Shown here one piece after another: positions 7,619 through 9,140 of a stretch of 9,140 nt of DNA (the stretch's first letter is position 1; each line of letters starts with the position of its first letter). Source of the DNA: Vitrella brassicaformis CCMP3155 (Eukaryota; Protista; Chromerida). The notes under the pieces were generated by a model. It searched no databases, had not been told where the DNA came from, and saw only the letters and a program-made list of their open reading frames with translations. The position numbers were made by a program, and so were the translations under genes. The stretch is from the NCBI GenBank assembly GCA_001179505.1, contig CDMY01000945.1:1-9140 (forward strand). The letters are read 5' to 3'.

Positions 7619-8852
7619 TCAACCATCCCCATCTATCATCTCTTGGTTCTGGTTCGCGGCTGCCAGCATCTCTTGCTCTCTAGGATCCACCTCTCCCTCC
7701 GGCATGTGCGCGCCCATGAAGGCGGGCACTTCCTCGTCAGCCTGAGGATCCTCTCCCTCCCCATCGGCCTCCTCATCCTCCTGACCCTCGTCTTGGTCCT
7801 CCATGGCATCAGCTGCCGCAGCCAGCGCGTCGACCTGCACATACTCGACATGATAGTGGAAGTTGAGCTCGACGATGGGTTGGGTGAGGCGCAGGGGCGA
7901 GACTTTGATGACCAAGGGCTTCTCAGGTGTGACAACCAGCCGCATCTGCACACACACATACAGACACAGACACAGACACAGACAGACACAGACACAAGGG
8001 TGATGGTCTGACAGTGGTGATGTGTGTGTGTGTGTGTCAGGATGGTGTGAATGACCGTCTGATCGCTGCCGTTCTTCAACCTAATCGTCCGGCCCTCGAG
8101 GCATCGCGTGCTGTTCAGTAGCCTACCGACGAGCCCGGCTACTTCCCCACCATCCCCGCCCGCCTCGCCCGCCCCGCCCTCTCCGTTGATGACGACGGCC
8201 GACCACACTGCAGTGGCGTCGACGATCGCATCATCACTGCCCAGCAGCGCCCGCCGCTCCTCGTCACGCTTGATCTTGTCCAGCCTGTCGCGGCTCCACA
8301 TGAGCGTCACGCTCATGGCGGGGCGGGCTGAGCCGCCTGGCCCTCGGCATTCGGCAGAGCCGAATGGCGTAAGAACCACCTGGCTAGGATCACGGCGTCA
8401 TGGGCGCTGGCGGACGGGGCGATGCGTCTGACCTTTCCCTCCATCACCACCCCATCGCCGTGCAGCTGAGAGGGCTGGACCGGGACGAGCTTCGACCCGC
8501 GTGGGCAGGGACGGCCGAACAATGCCCACATCTTCTTCTCCCCGTTGTTGAAGACGGAGAAGAGGGAGGACAGGTCCCTGTACAGCTGTGGGTCGCCCCC
8601 CTCTCTCGCTCGCTGGAGAGTGGCCGCCCATCCGCCGTCGAGCACCTGCCCGTCCTTGAGGAAGTCGAGGCTCCCGACTGACGAGTGCGGGTTGCTGGGG
8701 CGGCGGTGCTGCTTCTCGACCTTCGGGTAGAGGGAGGGGAACCGCCGCATGGCGGCAGACGTGCCGTTGCGCGTGAAGGAGGAGAGGGGTGGCTTGCCCT
8801 CCTTGGCGCGTTGCAGGTTGCGCCGTGGTGCGAGTGGAGGATCCTCGTTCAT
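7619..8852 (-). CDS. Unrecognised ~356-aa transposon accessory protein with an acidic C-terminal tail; exons 8852-8433, 8379-8056, 7945-7619
   Basis: The ATG lies 3 bp inside the right repeat boundary. Phase-0 GT..AG introns 8432-8380 (53 nt) and 8055-7946 (microsatellite-rich) give a stop-free product: MNEDPPLAPRRNLQ...MEGK|VVLTPFGS...GSDQT|MRLVVTPEKPLVIKVSPLRLTQPIVELNFHYHVEYVQVD...EDQDEGQEDEEADGEGEDPQADEE...IDGDG*. I recognise no domain. Confidence 0.65.
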
Positions 8853-8854
8853 CT

Positions 8855-9140
8855 CCACCACGACAGAACTACACACCACACACCTGCACACCGCAGCACA
8901 CCACACAGCAGCACAGAGCAAACACAGCATGTATGTATGTATACATATCCATATTTGGCTGTACATATATGGATGTGGATGCCCTGTGTGCCCTCATGTG
9001 TGTACCTCAGATGATAGTGCGTTCGGTGGCCTCAGTCATGCTCTACAGAGAGGCCGGCGGCATCCGCAATTCGCCGAGAAAACGACCAACAATCAACCTG
9101 AGTGAGGGGATGGGGGAAGAGTTGACAATGAAAAGTGTGC
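8855..9140 (-). repeat. Right inverted repeat (286 bp visible)
   Basis: Ends ...GTTGACAATGAAAAGTGTGC, the exact reverse complement of 2898 onward. Confidence 0.95.

Larger units (their letters stand above)
2898..9140. mobile_element. Cut-and-paste DNA transposon (>=6.2 kb) with long inverted repeats, a RAG1/Transib-type transposase and a convergent second gene
   Basis: 2898-3191 is the reverse complement of 8855-9140, and a DDE transposase with RAG1-like motifs lies between them. The true termini and target-site duplication are probably hidden by the gap and the window end. Confidence 0.88.

Noticed and set aside
7619-8852. Partner gene as a true RAG2 homologue
   Set aside because: No kelch repeats or PHD finger are recognisable. 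Only the position and the acidic tail are similar.
2898-9140. Polinton/Maverick or MULE classification based on long repeats and convergent genes
   Set aside because: No DNA polymerase B, integrase, ATPase or capsid motifs are seen. The transposase motif order (D, D, CxxC, HxxxxH, ExxN) fits the RAG1/Transib type rather than MULE.

Overview
Intron-rich, GC-rich eukaryotic DNA. The (CA)n/(GT)n-rich short introns and GTGAGT-type donors resemble a chromerid alveolate such as Vitrella; this is inference only. Left part: the 3' exons of a BT1-family folate/biopterin transporter (+) converge tail-to-tail with the 3' exons of a NUFIP1/Rsa1-like gene (-). Next come two short telomere-like repeat blocks and a fragment of a CRE-like non-LTR retrotransposon that runs into a 300-N gap. 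Everything after the gap (2898-9140) is one >=6.2 kb element bounded by near-identical inverted repeats of >=286 bp (3 substitutions plus one 8-bp indel). It carries two convergent spliced genes. The + gene encodes a RAG1/Transib-type DDE transposase core with RAG1-like D, D, CxxC, HxxxxH and E spacing, a long low-complexity N-terminal ORF and a basic Ala-Lys tail; it has one probable 1-bp frameshift. The - gene encodes an unrecognised ~356-aa protein with an acidic tail. Both genes appear to take the same spliced non-coding 5' exon from the inverted repeats. The layout recalls ProtoRAG (RAG1L/RAG2L tail-to-tail) and MuDR (TIR-driven convergent genes), here apparently in a non-animal genome.
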